Positions 8,887 to 19,113 are shown, counted from the first letter of the stretch. The stretch is 64,000 bases of DNA from Candidatus Xenobia bacterium (GCA_045863235.1 BTUM01000037.1:9697-73696), one strand, 5' to 3'. Numbers and translations: made by a program. The notes: a model not told the origin generated them from the sequence alone.

Positions 8887-10182
8887 ATGAGTTTGCAGCG
8901 GGGCTCGGCTCTGATGATGGAGGGCCGCTACGACGAGGCTTTGAGCGCCTTCGAGGCGGCTGCCCACAGCCAGCCGAAGGCGGCCGGGCCGCTCATCCAA
9001 CAAGCTCTGTGCCAAATGGCGCTGGGCCAGCCCGGGCCGGCCAACGACCTGTTGACCCGGGCCCTGGAGCTCGAGCCGGACAACCCGGCTCCTCACCTCT
9101 TCGCTGGCCTCTGTCGCTCGGACCTCGGCGACCATGAAGCTGCCGAGCTCTGTCTGCAGACCGTCAAGAAGCTCTCTCCCGACCACCAGGCGGTGGACAC
9201 CGTGCGGGCCATCCTCAACCTGCGCCGGGGCAACCTGGAGAAGGCTGTGGCCTACCTGGGCGGCCATCCCGACCTCTCCCTCTCCTCCCCCATCATCAGC
9301 CGCCTGGTACTGGAGGTCGAGCGCCGCCTGCTACCGGCCGAGATCCCTCTGTTGCGCCGGGCTAAAGCTCGCATCCTGTCCCCGGATGAGGAGAAGGCGC
9401 CTCCCTCTCCCGGCCTGTTCGGATTGGCCCGCTCCATGGGCGCCTGGCGCGCCCAGTCGTCGGGCCGCAAGCTGGTCGAGAAAGCCATGCGCACTCCCCC
9501 CGGCTCCGAGCGCCGCAGGGGGCTGCTCGATCGGGCCGTGACCCGGTTGCGCGAGGCGCGCGATGCCGACCCCTCCCAGTTTCGGGCCGACTTCTACCTG
9601 GCCGAGGCGCTCCTTTACGCCAGTCGACCAGGCGAAGGAGCGGAGGCGCTGCGCGAGAGCCGCGAGGGATTCCTGATCTCCTGGCAGCACGAAGGCGAGA
9701 ATCCCTACCTGCTCTACTACCTGGGTCGGGTCACCCTGCTCCTGGGGGAGGTGGAGGCCTCCATCGAATACTTCGAGCGCGGGCTCTCCAAGTTCGCCAA
9801 GTTTCCCGAGGCGCACTACGGCCTGGGTCAGTGCTGGCTGCTCAAGGGCGACGCCAACCGGGCTCGGGATTACTTCGCCCTGGCGCTGCGCTCGGATACT
9901 TTCATCATGCGTGACCGCCTGTTCGAGTTGATCAGCCGGTACGAAGGTGACCGGGGCTCACTCGACCGGTCCATGCCCGAGTGGGAGCCGGAGCCAGAGC
10001 TCGCTCTGACCGACAGCGAGCCTGCCTCGGAGGACCCGCCCGGGCCGGGGCCGCGGGCCCCCCAGCCGGAGCCCGGCACCCATTCGGAGCCGGACACAGA
10101 GAGCCAGCCTGAGCCAGGGCCCGAGGCCCACCCCGTTGAGAGGGCTTCAACCTCCGAGGCACCCTCGGAGAAGCCCCTGTAA
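8887..10182 (+). CDS. TPR repeat protein with acidic/Pro-rich tail
   Basis: Multiple TPR-like units (ALELEPDNP, YYLGRV, EAHYGLGQC). Confidence 0.8.
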   Translation: MSLQRGSALMMEGRYDEALSAFEAAAHSQPKAAGPLIQQALCQMALGQPGPANDLLTRALELEPDNPAPHLFAGLCRSDLGDHEAAELCLQTVKKLSPDHQAVDTVRAILNLRRGNLEKAVAYLGGHPDLSLSSPIISRLVLEVERRLLPAEIPLLRRAKARILSPDEEKAPPSPGLFGLARSMGAWRAQSSGRKLVEKAMRTPPGSERRRGLLDRAVTRLREARDADPSQFRADFYLAEALLYASRPGEGAEALRESREGFLISWQHEGENPYLLYYLGRVTLLLGEVEASIEYFERGLSKFAKFPEAHYGLGQCWLLKGDANRARDYFALALRSDTFIMRDRLFELISRYEGDRGSLDRSMPEWEPEPELALTDSEPASEDPPGPGPRAPQPEPGTHSEPDTESQPEPGPEAHPVERASTSEAPSEKPL

Positions 10183-10222
10183 CATCGAGGTAACAAGATT
10201 CGACCCCGCCCCGTGCTAGGAT
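10178..10222 (+). promoter_or_regulatory. TAACA direct-repeat box plus extended -10
   Basis: TGTAACA-N4-GGTAACA-N21-TAGGAT, -10 preceded by TGC; same geometry as the secA promoter. Confidence 0.6.
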
Positions 10223-10263
10223 GGCCCCCGGGGAAATCTGCGGGTGAAAGGATCCAGGGGCTC

Positions 10264-11886
10264 GTGCAGCTTTCGGCTTACAATTCCAGTCTGGCGTTCC
10301 GGCTCCCCAGCCCGGCCGCCCGCGAGGAATCCAGTGCTGCCCAGATGGATCTGCCTTTCCTGGCCCTCTCCGGTGGAGACAGCTACAACGGCGTGGTGGA
10401 GGGTACCAACGAGCGTCAGAACCCCTTCATCGTCGTCCCCAAGGACCTGCTCACCCGGGCCAAGACGCCCAACCAGGTGGTGCAGGACCTCTCCCGCCTC
10501 AATGTCCCGGTCAATGCAGAAATTCCCCTGATCAACGGCTATACGGTGGTGATGAACGAGGACGAGCGCCGGCGCGTCGAGCAGGCCGGCTATCAGGTCA
10601 TGCCCGACCTGTCGGACAAGTTCCTCTTGCCCAGCCCCTGGGAGCGCAAGCCCGAAGAGAACGTCGAGACCATCGCCACCGAGCCGGCCACCCCTACCAC
10701 CCCCCGGGCAACCCTGACCGAGCCGCGCTACGCCTCTCCCCTGACCCAGCAGTTCACCGGTCGCGGCGTTGGGATCGCCATCATCGACACGGGCATCTAT
10801 CCCCACCCCGACTTCAACTTCCCCCACAGCCGGATCGTGGCTTTCCAGGACTTCGTCAATGGCAGCACGCTCGCCTACGACGACAACGGCCACGGTACCC
10901 ACACGGCCGGCGATGCGGCTGGCAACGGCTTTCTGTCGGAAGGCCTCTATCGGGGGGCCGCTCCCGAGGCCAACCTGGTGGGCATCAAGGTGCTGGACAA
11001 GAATGGCAACGGCACCACCTCCAACATCCTTAAGGGGATCAACTGGGCGGTCGAGAACAAGGAGCAGTACAACATCCGGGTCATCAACCTCTCGCTCGGC
11101 TCGAGCCAGCGTTGGGCGCATCGCCGTCAGGACCCCATCCAGCAGGCGGTGGAGAAGGCGGTGGACGCGGGCATCGTGGTGGTGGTCTCGGCTGGCAACG
11201 AAGGCCCCTATCCCGGCACGATCAGCGCGCCGGGCGACAACCCCCGCGTGATCACGGTGGGCGCCCTGGACGACCGCAACACCCCCGACCCCTCCGACGA
11301 CCGCATTCCGTCCTTCTCCAGCCGGGGCAAGTCGGACACCATGAAGCCCGACCTGGTGGCTCCCGGCGAGGGGATCATCGGGCCCAACGCTCCCGGCACC
11401 ATCAGCGAAGCCACCGCCCGCAAGTACGGGGCCGTCCAGAAGACCCTGTCCTGGCTCGACAGGATGCGCGACGAGGAGCTGGTGCACGTGCCCGAGGATA
11501 CGCTGCGGCTGATCGGCCTGAATCCGAGCTCGATCCAGCGTTTCAAGAACTCCCCCCAGACCGCCCGCTCGGAGATCAACCGGCTGATCGAGACCACCAA
11601 CCGCCTGCCCATGGTGTCGAGCAACTACCTGGGCATGCCGGGCACCTCCATGGCCGCTCCCATCGTGGCCGGGGTGGTGGCCCAGGTGCTGGAGGCAAAC
11701 CCGCACCTTTCCCCTGACGAGGTCAAGCAGGTGCTGCGCCAGAGCGCCACCCAGCTTCCCGGCTACGGTCGCGAGGCCCAGGGCTCGGGCGCGGTCAACC
11801 CGGACCGAGCCATCGAGCTCGCTCTGCAGAAGCTGGATGAGGGCGACCGGAACGGCCAGTTGCACCTGCCCCTGGAGCAACTCTGA
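10264..11886 (+). CDS. S8 subtilase (AprX-like), no signal peptide
   Basis: IDTG, GHGTH, SAGNEG, GTSMAAP; GTG 10264 chosen because it lies downstream of the promoter. Confidence 0.9.
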   Translation: MQLSAYNSSLAFRLPSPAAREESSAAQMDLPFLALSGGDSYNGVVEGTNERQNPFIVVPKDLLTRAKTPNQVVQDLSRLNVPVNAEIPLINGYTVVMNEDERRRVEQAGYQVMPDLSDKFLLPSPWERKPEENVETIATEPATPTTPRATLTEPRYASPLTQQFTGRGVGIAIIDTGIYPHPDFNFPHSRIVAFQDFVNGSTLAYDDNGHGTHTAGDAAGNGFLSEGLYRGAAPEANLVGIKVLDKNGNGTTSNILKGINWAVENKEQYNIRVINLSLGSSQRWAHRRQDPIQQAVEKAVDAGIVVVVSAGNEGPYPGTISAPGDNPRVITVGALDDRNTPDPSDDRIPSFSSRGKSDTMKPDLVAPGEGIIGPNAPGTISEATARKYGAVQKTLSWLDRMRDEELVHVPEDTLRLIGLNPSSIQRFKNSPQTARSEINRLIETTNRLPMVSSNYLGMPGTSMAAPIVAGVVAQVLEANPHLSPDEVKQVLRQSATQLPGYGREAQGSGAVNPDRAIELALQKLDEGDRNGQLHLPLEQL

Positions 11887-12848
11887 TGAAGGTGGCCGCC
11901 GCTCCCGCTCCGTTACCCCGCCTGGCCGAGCACCGGCCCCAGCGCGCCGCCAGCCTGGGACTGCCGGAGGATACCCTCTTTCTGAGCAAGCTCCCGCCCA
12001 TCGAGGGCGACTTCCCCCCACCCCCACCCGACCTCAAGCGCCCGGTCTTGATCGTGCACGGCTTCAACGGCGCCGCCCTGGACTTTTTCAACATGCGCAA
12101 CTACCTGGCGTCCAACCCCAGAAACAAGCTCGGCGCCACTTTTCACCCCGGTAAGGAGGACGAGTTCCGGGCTTCCCTGCGCGAGAAGCCGGACGGTCGC
12201 ATCCATACCATCAGCTTCTCCAAGCCTTACCTGAGCTATCGCGAGCTGCAGGCCGAGCTGACCGCCTGTCTGAAGGTTCTCAACGAGGAGACAGGCGGCG
12301 AGGTGGACGTGATCACCCACTCGATGGGAGGGCTGGCCACCCGGGCCCACCTCGACCAGGGACATGACGGCATCGATAAGCTGATCATGATCGCGCCTCC
12401 CAACCGGGGTAGCCTGGAAGCAGACCTGGCCCTGGCCGCCGACCGGCTCAACCTTTACAGCCACTACATTCCCGAGGCCAAAGATGCGCTGCGCGACCTG
12501 ACCCTGGACGAAGAGTTTCTGGGCAAGCAGAACAATCCGTATCTGAACGGATTGAACCAGCGCTGGGCCGAGCAGAGCGCCAAAGTGCAGGCCACCATCA
12601 TCGCCGGGTTGGGGATTCCCACTCCCGACTGGAACTGGAAGCTTTTTTCGCAGGGCGACGGCATGGTGACGGCCAGCAGCACCTACATGCCAGGAGCCCG
12701 GTTCGCCGTCACCGACGTGGAGCATCCAGCCGGAATCGAGCGTGAGGGCGACAGCGGCAACCGGCTGTTTACCTTCAAGTACAACCACGGCAGCCTGGTC
12801 AGCGACCCGACGATCCAGCAGTTCGTGGGGCAGATCCTGGGAAGCTAA
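11886..12848 (+). CDS. Alpha/beta hydrolase (lipase/esterase)
   Basis: VHGF, HSMGG nucleophile elbow, PNRGS, GDGMV, C-terminal His; TGATG coupling to the subtilase. Confidence 0.85.
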   Translation: MKVAAAPAPLPRLAEHRPQRAASLGLPEDTLFLSKLPPIEGDFPPPPPDLKRPVLIVHGFNGAALDFFNMRNYLASNPRNKLGATFHPGKEDEFRASLREKPDGRIHTISFSKPYLSYRELQAELTACLKVLNEETGGEVDVITHSMGGLATRAHLDQGHDGIDKLIMIAPPNRGSLEADLALAADRLNLYSHYIPEAKDALRDLTLDEEFLGKQNNPYLNGLNQRWAEQSAKVQATIIAGLGIPTPDWNWKLFSQGDGMVTASSTYMPGARFAVTDVEHPAGIEREGDSGNRLFTFKYNHGSLVSDPTIQQFVGQILGS

Positions 12849-12875
12849 TGTGCTCGCACTCTGGTTTTGCGATGT

Positions 12876-13979
12876 TCAGAGTTTCTCCAGGGTCGCCCCC
12901 CGGTAGTAGTGGCGCAAGATGGCCTGGTAGCCCATGTGCTTCTCCCCCATCACCAGCGCCCCCCACTGGCATAAGCCCACCCCGTGGCCCCAGCCCCCGC
13001 CCTGAAAGTGCAGGCTGACCGGCCTGCCGTTTTGCTCCTTGACACTCATCTTGCAGCGGGTGCTGCGCAGCTCGCGGTAGCCCAGGATGCGTCGAAAATC
13101 CTGGCTCTTCTCGCGATACTCATGCCCCTGATCGTCCTTGACGGTGATGAAGTTCATCCGGCCTGACGGATCGTGGCCGCTGACCACCACCGAGGTGATG
13201 GTCCCCAGAGGCTTGCCATCGGCGGCAAAGCGCTTGCGCACCGTCTCGATGGGGAACGAGCGGCTCCAGTGCGAGCCGGCCGTTCCGGCGCAGTAAGGGT
13301 CGGGAACGCCCTTGATGAAGGGCACCTTGGGACCGAAGACGGGCTCGGAGTCGGAGGTGTGCCCGCCGCAGTTGGAGCTGTAGTAGGCTTTCAGGACGCG
13401 GCCGTCAGCCCCCTTGAGCACCTGACCCCGGGTGTCGTCGAGCGCGCCGCGCGAGGAGAACGACTCGCCGTCCAGGCCTGCGTAGACCTGGTCCTGGTCG
13501 GTGGCCACCAGGTCGTACTCGCTGTCGCGCGGGTCGCCGAGCAGGTAGACGGCGTAGGTGCGGGCCGCCACCGCCAGGGCGCGCTGGGTGGGTCCGGGCC
13601 AGTCAGCGGGGATCTCGCCCCCCACCACCCCGGCCAGGTAATCCTCGAGGTTGAGGACGTTGACCGCCACCAGCTTGCCCTCGCGCTCGAAGACGCGCAG
13701 GTAGCCTCGATAGCCGCGCCCGTTCCAGTAGAAGACGCCCGAGGCGGGCACGAACATGACGTCCTTTTCCGGAAAGCCCGGACGGAAGGTCACCTGTCCC
13801 TGGCCTTTGCGCAGCACCTGGGCGCCGGCGGTGGACTTGAGGGTGTAAGCATCCGACTCGACCGTGCAACTCGAGCCCTTCTCCTGCAGAGCGATCCGCA
13901 CCCGAGTCTGGGCCAGCGTGAGCTGACTGAGCAAAAGGAACAGCACCAACGTCAAAGGGCAACAATTCTTTAAAGCCAA
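12876..13979 (-). CDS. SpoIID/LytB domain lytic transglycosylase-like protein
   Basis: LEDYLAGVVGGE, AVAARTYA, DQVYAG, GWGHGVGLCQWGA, ILRHYY; signal peptide; TTG start uncertain. Confidence 0.88.
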   Translation of the reverse strand: MALKNCCPLTLVLFLLLSQLTLAQTRVRIALQEKGSSCTVESDAYTLKSTAGAQVLRKGQGQVTFRPGFPEKDVMFVPASGVFYWNGRGYRGYLRVFEREGKLVAVNVLNLEDYLAGVVGGEIPADWPGPTQRALAVAARTYAVYLLGDPRDSEYDLVATDQDQVYAGLDGESFSSRGALDDTRGQVLKGADGRVLKAYYSSNCGGHTSDSEPVFGPKVPFIKGVPDPYCAGTAGSHWSRSFPIETVRKRFAADGKPLGTITSVVVSGHDPSGRMNFITVKDDQGHEYREKSQDFRRILGYRELRSTRCKMSVKEQNGRPVSLHFQGGGWGHGVGLCQWGALVMGEKHMGYQAILRHYYRGATLEKL

Positions 13980-14001
13980 TTTCAGGGCTCCGAGGTAGAT
14001 T
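13968..14001 (+). promoter_or_regulatory. YTTMAG direct-repeat promoter
   Basis: CTTTAAA-GCCA-ATTTCAG-N10-TAGATT. Confidence 0.6.
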
Positions 14002-14013
14002 AAGGTCGATACC

Positions 14014-15930
14014 ATGCAAAATCTGACCGGCGGCATTACGGGAAAGTTCCTCGGTTCTCCTACCTTCGAGGAGGCCAGGCGCAAGCTGCGCGAGGCTGGG
14101 CAGCGCGAGGAAGCGCGCGGCCACGAGCTCGATGCGCGCGGCCGCGACCGCGTCGAGCAGGGCTCTCAGGATGCCGAGCAGGCCGCCGAGGACAGGCAGC
14201 AGGCGCTGAACGACCGGGCCGCCGCCCAGAAGCAGTGGAAGAAGGCCGAAAAACTCCAGGCCAGCTCGCTCAAGAAGATTGCCGATGGGATGGGCCTCAT
14301 CGGTCTGGCCGCAACCCTGCAGGCAGCCGCCCAGGCCCGCATCAATGAAGGGTTGAGCCAGCAGCAGCAGGCAGGCCAGCTCAAGGATAAAGGTCTCAAG
14401 GACGTCTCCAACGGACTCGCTCGCCAGGAGAAGGCCGAGCAGGGCCAGCAAGCCCAGGTCGAGCGACTGCAGCAGGCCTTTGCCGGCGAGGCTCAGGCCG
14501 AGGCTCTGAAAGACGAGGGGCGCGCCGGCGTGGGCCAGGGGCTGCGCCAGGAGGCTCAGGCCGAGCGTTTGCAGCAGAGCGGAGTCGAGACTCTCGCCTC
14601 TGGTCTGGCCGAGCAGCAGGCGGCCGAGCAGATCAAGGACGCCGGCCGGGAGAAGATCGGACGGGGCATCGACCAGCGTAACCTGGGCGGGGTCTACCTC
14701 GAGCAGGCCGCCCTGGGCCACCAGCAGGCCAGCCAGTTGCAGGGAGAAGCCGGTGCCAAGCGCACCCGGGCTCAAGCTCTGGAGATCCTGGCTCAGGCCG
14801 CCCAGCAGCGGGCCCAGCAGGCTTTGCAGCAAGTGCAGGCCCTGGTGCAGCAGGTAGCGCGCTTGACTCAGGAATCGACGCAGGCCAGCGGAGCCGCCGC
14901 CACGCTCGAGTCGGAGGGCCAGCACTTGAGCAGCCAGTCGCGCTGCTGGGGCCAGCGGGGCCAGCAGAACATCGCTCACGGGCGCTATCTGCAGCAGTGC
15001 CCCTTCCAGTATTGCGCCGGCCTGGAGCTCGAGCGCCAGGGCTTCGCCGAACTCAACTACGCCAACCAGCTGTGGGCCCAGGCCCAGGCCAAGCAGGGCC
15101 AGGCCAGCCAGCAGCGCCAGCTGTCCGAGGCCAGGCACGCCGAGGCTGAGCAGACTCGCTTTCGGGCGGCAGCCCTGGCCGGTCAGGCCTCGGGCGACTT
15201 TGCCCGGGCCAACCAGCAGCGCCAGGAAGCCGGGGGCCTGGTGCAGGCGGCCGCGGCCCAGGAGTTGCGGGCCGGCGAGATCTCCCTGCAAGCTCACCAG
15301 CTTCAGCAGCAGGGGCTGGGGCTGCGCGAGCAGGGCCAGCAGCTGATCGATGCCGGGCGCACCGAGGTGGCCACCGGTCAGGCCCGCGAAACAGCCGCTC
15401 AGGGCCAGATGACCCGGGGGCTGGGTCAGTTCGACCAGGGCCGGGCCGACGAGCAGCAGGCCCGCAATACCGAGTTGGACGGGCTGGGCAAGATCCAGCA
15501 GGGCTTCACCCAGGAAGCTCCCTTCCGGGCCGAGGAGCGGGACGCCCTCAAGGAGTTCCGCGCCTGGCGAGCCAAAGAGAAGACGGCCCACAGTCGCCAA
15601 CAGATGGGCCTGGGCAAGCTCGAGCAGGGCCTGGAGCAGTCCCAAGCTGGTCGCCAGGAGGGCGACGCCGGAGTGGCCGATTTCCGCGAGGGACAGAAAG
15701 TCGAGCGGCGAGGCGCCTCCAAGGTGGAGGCCGGTCAGGAGAAGCTCACTCAGGCCCGCTCTGCCCTGGATCAGGCCCGCGCCCGGGCCGCTGCGGCCCA
15801 GGATGAGTTGCGCCGGGCCGAAGAGCTCGAGCGCCAGGCCCAGCGCGAGATCGAGCTGGGGCAGTCCGAGCAGGCTGCCGGCCAGGTCATCGCCGGCAAG
15901 GGGCGAGCCTACCAGCAAGCCGCCGGATAA
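14014..15930 (+). CDS. Gln/Ala/Gly-rich coiled-coil hairpin protein A (638 aa)
   Basis: Gly-heptad periodicity, 3 Pro, central QCPFQYC turn; paralogue of 17191-19059. Confidence 0.8.
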   Translation: MQNLTGGITGKFLGSPTFEEARRKLREAGQREEARGHELDARGRDRVEQGSQDAEQAAEDRQQALNDRAAAQKQWKKAEKLQASSLKKIADGMGLIGLAATLQAAAQARINEGLSQQQQAGQLKDKGLKDVSNGLARQEKAEQGQQAQVERLQQAFAGEAQAEALKDEGRAGVGQGLRQEAQAERLQQSGVETLASGLAEQQAAEQIKDAGREKIGRGIDQRNLGGVYLEQAALGHQQASQLQGEAGAKRTRAQALEILAQAAQQRAQQALQQVQALVQQVARLTQESTQASGAAATLESEGQHLSSQSRCWGQRGQQNIAHGRYLQQCPFQYCAGLELERQGFAELNYANQLWAQAQAKQGQASQQRQLSEARHAEAEQTRFRAAALAGQASGDFARANQQRQEAGGLVQAAAAQELRAGEISLQAHQLQQQGLGLREQGQQLIDAGRTEVATGQARETAAQGQMTRGLGQFDQGRADEQQARNTELDGLGKIQQGFTQEAPFRAEERDALKEFRAWRAKEKTAHSRQQMGLGKLEQGLEQSQAGRQEGDAGVADFREGQKVERRGASKVEAGQEKLTQARSALDQARARAAAAQDELRRAEELERQAQREIELGQSEQAAGQVIAGKGRAYQQAAG

Positions 15931-16005
15931 CTTCGCACGCCGTTGCAACTGACTTAAGGCGCCGCGCGTCAGAGGATCCCGCTCGGGGTTCTGGAAAGCC
16001 CGCCC

Positions 16006-17145
16006 ATGCGGCTCTTTGAGGGCATCCGCTTCGATCGCAACGAACTGGCCGGGGCTTTTGGCGACCTGGGCACCGTGCTGCCCCTCATCGTGGGGATGAT
16101 CCTGGCCGCCCGGCTCGACTGCGCCAGCGTGCTGATCATGTTCGGGCTGATGCAGATTTTCACCGGACTGCGCTACCGGATCCCCATGCCGGTTCAGCCC
16201 CTGAAAGCCATGGCCACACTGGTGATCGCCCAGAAGCTGACCGGCTCCATCCTTTACGGTGCCGGGCTGGCCATCGGCATGGTCATGCTCTTCTTGACCA
16301 TGTCAGGCCTGTTGGCCCGGCTGGGGCGCGCCATCCCCACCACGGTGGTGCGCGGTCTGCAATTTGGCCTCGCCCTGCAACTCGGCATCCTGGCGCTGCG
16401 CGAGTACGTGCCTTCGGCCGGTCCCTCGGGGATGGCCCTGGCCCTGGTCGCCTTCCTGGTCGGCCTGGCCTTCCTGGGCAATCGGCGCATCCCGGCGGCG
16501 CTCCTCCTGGTCGGGCTGGGGGCGGCCTTCGCCGCCTTGAAGCTCCAGCCAGGCCAGGTGACCGGCGCCTTCGCTTTGCACCTGCCGCAGTTTCACGTGC
16601 CCGGCTGGTCCGACATCGCCCAGGGCTTCCTGCTGCTGGCCATCCCGCAGCTGCCGCTTTCGCTGGGCAACTCCATCCTGGCCACCCGCCAGGTTTCCCA
16701 CGATCTTTTTCCCGAGCGCGCGGTGGACCTGAAGACCATCGGGCTGACCTACTCATTGATGAACCTGGTCAATCCTTTCCTGGGCGGCATCCCGACCTGC
16801 CACGGGGCGGGTGGCATGGCCGGGCACCACGCCTTCGGCGGGCGCACCGGGGGCTCGGTGGTGATCTGCGGGCTGGCCTTCATCGCCGTGGGGCTCTTCC
16901 TGAGCCAGGGCTTCGCAGCCATGGTGGCGGCCTTTCCTCTGCCCGTGCTGGGGGTCTTGCTCTTGTTCGAGGCCCTCAGCCTGATCGGGCTGACCCGGCT
17001 GGCCACCTCCTCGCGGGGCGACTTCCTGGTGGTGGCTCTGGTGGGGCTGCTGGCGGTTGGCCTCCCTTACGGATTTCTGATCGGCATGCTGGTGGGCACC
17101 CTGGTGGTGGCCCTCTCGCCCCATCTGAGCTACTTCCGTACATGA
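16006..17145 (+). CDS. MOT1-family molybdate/sulfate transporter
   Basis: GAFGDLGT, PMPVQPLKA, CHGAGGMAGH..FGGRTG. Confidence 0.88.
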   Translation: MRLFEGIRFDRNELAGAFGDLGTVLPLIVGMILAARLDCASVLIMFGLMQIFTGLRYRIPMPVQPLKAMATLVIAQKLTGSILYGAGLAIGMVMLFLTMSGLLARLGRAIPTTVVRGLQFGLALQLGILALREYVPSAGPSGMALALVAFLVGLAFLGNRRIPAALLLVGLGAAFAALKLQPGQVTGAFALHLPQFHVPGWSDIAQGFLLLAIPQLPLSLGNSILATRQVSHDLFPERAVDLKTIGLTYSLMNLVNPFLGGIPTCHGAGGMAGHHAFGGRTGGSVVICGLAFIAVGLFLSQGFAAMVAAFPLPVLGVLLLFEALSLIGLTRLATSSRGDFLVVALVGLLAVGLPYGFLIGMLVGTLVVALSPHLSYFRT

Positions 17146-17177
17146 AAAAGCCCACCGCTCGGGGCGGTGGGCTTTTT
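17145..17177. terminator. Bidirectional intrinsic terminator
   Basis: AAAAAGCCCACCGC-TCGGG-GCGGTGGGCTTTTT between convergent genes. Confidence 0.9.
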
Positions 17178-17190
17178 CCGAGGTCTACCC

Positions 17191-19059
17191 TCAGCTCTTC
17201 TGGCCGGCGATGTAGCCCGGAATCGCGTTGGAGAGCTCCACGTACTGGTTGCCCTTCTCTTCGATCACGCGGCCAGCCGCCTCGCGGTTGGTGCCTTCCT
17301 GGATGTCGCGCTCGCCGGTGCGAACCGACTCGGTGCCCCGCTTGACCTGGGAGTTGCCCTCGTCCACTTTCTGTTTGCCAGCGTGCTCGGCGGCGTCGCC
17401 CGCGTTGACCTCGGTGAGACCACCAGCCTGGTCGGCCCGACCGGCGGCTTCCTCGACCTGACCGGCCACGATCTTGTCCAGAGCGGCGGTGCGGACGGCC
17501 TGGGAGGCTTCCTGGTCCTGACGGGCCTGACCCACCAGGTCGAGACCCTGCTGCTGGACATCCAGCACCTGGGCCATCAGGTTGACACCCGCGGTCAGCT
17601 GCTGCAGAGCCACCAGGCGCTCCTGGCGGGCGGTGCCCACCTGGGCCTGACCCTGACCGATGGTACCCAATCCGGCTTCCTGCTCGGCGGCGCCGGCCAC
17701 TTCCTGATCCAGACCCTGGCGGATCTTGTCCAGGCTGGCTGCCATCTGCGACTTACCGGCGTTGCGGCGAGCCACGCCGTCGGCGACCTCCTGGTTACCC
17801 TGGGTTTCCAGAGCGGCGCTCTGGGCCAGGTGCTGCTGGGAGGCCTGAGCGGCCTCGGCGGCGGCGGTGCGGTCGGCGGCGGCCGACTGGAGCAGCGCGG
17901 CGGCTTCACCTTCGAGGCGGGTGGCAAGAGCGGTCAGGTAAGCGGCGTTCTCGGTGTGGTGCGAGGCCTCAGCGGTGAGCTTCTCGGACCGGTGCGCCTG
18001 CACCTGAGACTCGTGGTGACGCACGGTGGCCACGTCGCGGGTCAAGAGGCCCTCGGTGACGGTGGCGGCGCCCTCGTCCACGTAGCCCGGGATGTCCAGC
18101 AAGGTCGTGCCCGCGCTGGCGTCGATGGCGGCCTTGCGGGCCAACAGGTCGGACAGCTTCTGGGAAGTCTGGCTCTTGGCGTTCTCTACGATCGACTCGG
18201 CCTGGCGCTGGGCCCCTTCCTGGGCGCAGTGAGTGGCGTGAGTGCGAGACTCGGCAGCCTCGGCCTGCTTGGCGGCGGCCTCGGCCTCGGAGTCGGTGGC
18301 GCGGGCGGTCAGTGCCTCGGAGCGGGCCTGGGCGTCCAGGCCTTTGCGCTTCTCGGAGTGGGACTGGCGCAGGTGGCCGCGGCCGTCGCGGATCAGGGCG
18401 CGACCGGCGTCGGTCTCGGCCATGGCCTGGCGGAACTCGCCCACGCCCTGGTCGACCGTGGTGGCCCCGGCCTGCTCGGTGTTGAATCCGGCCGTCAGAG
18501 CGGTCAGACCGCTCTCGACCAGCGCCTGACCCTGTTTGGCCTGCTGCAACTGGGCACCGAAGTCAGCCGACTTCTGGTCCACGAACTGGCCCACGCTCTC
18601 TTCCAGCACCAGCGCCGTGGCCAGCACCTGGGCTCCGCCCTGGGCAACCTGCTGAGCCTCTCCGGCCGAGTTCAGTCCGCCCTGGAACTCCTGAATGCCC
18701 TGCTGCTCGTTGGCCCCGCCAGCGCTCTCGCGATTCAGACCGTTGACGATCTGCTGCTGACCGGCCAGCTGGCGCTCCAGGCCGGTCTGAATCTGGGCCT
18801 GGCCTTCGGCCGCTTTCTGGTTGCCATCGGCGATGGCCTGGTTGCCAGCCTGGCGTCCTGCCTCGCCGCGCTGCTTCTGGTCCGCGCCGCTGGTCTGCAT
18901 GTCGCGGCCGCGGGCGGCCTCTTGCTCACCTTTCTCGCGGAGCTGGCGGGCTGCTTCGGCCGGATCCTGCTCGTCGATGATGGCTCTCTTCTGTTTGCCG
19001 GCAGCGCTCTGCGACGCGGTGTAGACGCTGGCGGTAAAGTTGGTACTCAGGCTGACCAT
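17191..19059 (-). CDS. Coiled-coil hairpin protein B
   Basis: GGGGAGG RBS 10 nt before ATG 19059; Gly heptads; only 3 Pro, evenly spaced. Confidence 0.8.
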   Translation of the reverse strand: MVSLSTNFTASVYTASQSAAGKQKRAIIDEQDPAEAARQLREKGEQEAARGRDMQTSGADQKQRGEAGRQAGNQAIADGNQKAAEGQAQIQTGLERQLAGQQQIVNGLNRESAGGANEQQGIQEFQGGLNSAGEAQQVAQGGAQVLATALVLEESVGQFVDQKSADFGAQLQQAKQGQALVESGLTALTAGFNTEQAGATTVDQGVGEFRQAMAETDAGRALIRDGRGHLRQSHSEKRKGLDAQARSEALTARATDSEAEAAAKQAEAAESRTHATHCAQEGAQRQAESIVENAKSQTSQKLSDLLARKAAIDASAGTTLLDIPGYVDEGAATVTEGLLTRDVATVRHHESQVQAHRSEKLTAEASHHTENAAYLTALATRLEGEAAALLQSAAADRTAAAEAAQASQQHLAQSAALETQGNQEVADGVARRNAGKSQMAASLDKIRQGLDQEVAGAAEQEAGLGTIGQGQAQVGTARQERLVALQQLTAGVNLMAQVLDVQQQGLDLVGQARQDQEASQAVRTAALDKIVAGQVEEAAGRADQAGGLTEVNAGDAAEHAGKQKVDEGNSQVKRGTESVRTGERDIQEGTNREAAGRVIEEKGNQYVELSNAIPGYIAGQKS

Positions 19060-19113
19060 TTGTTTCATGCCTCCCCAAAATTTGGACAATACTTGTCTCT
19101 CTCGTTCCGCGTC

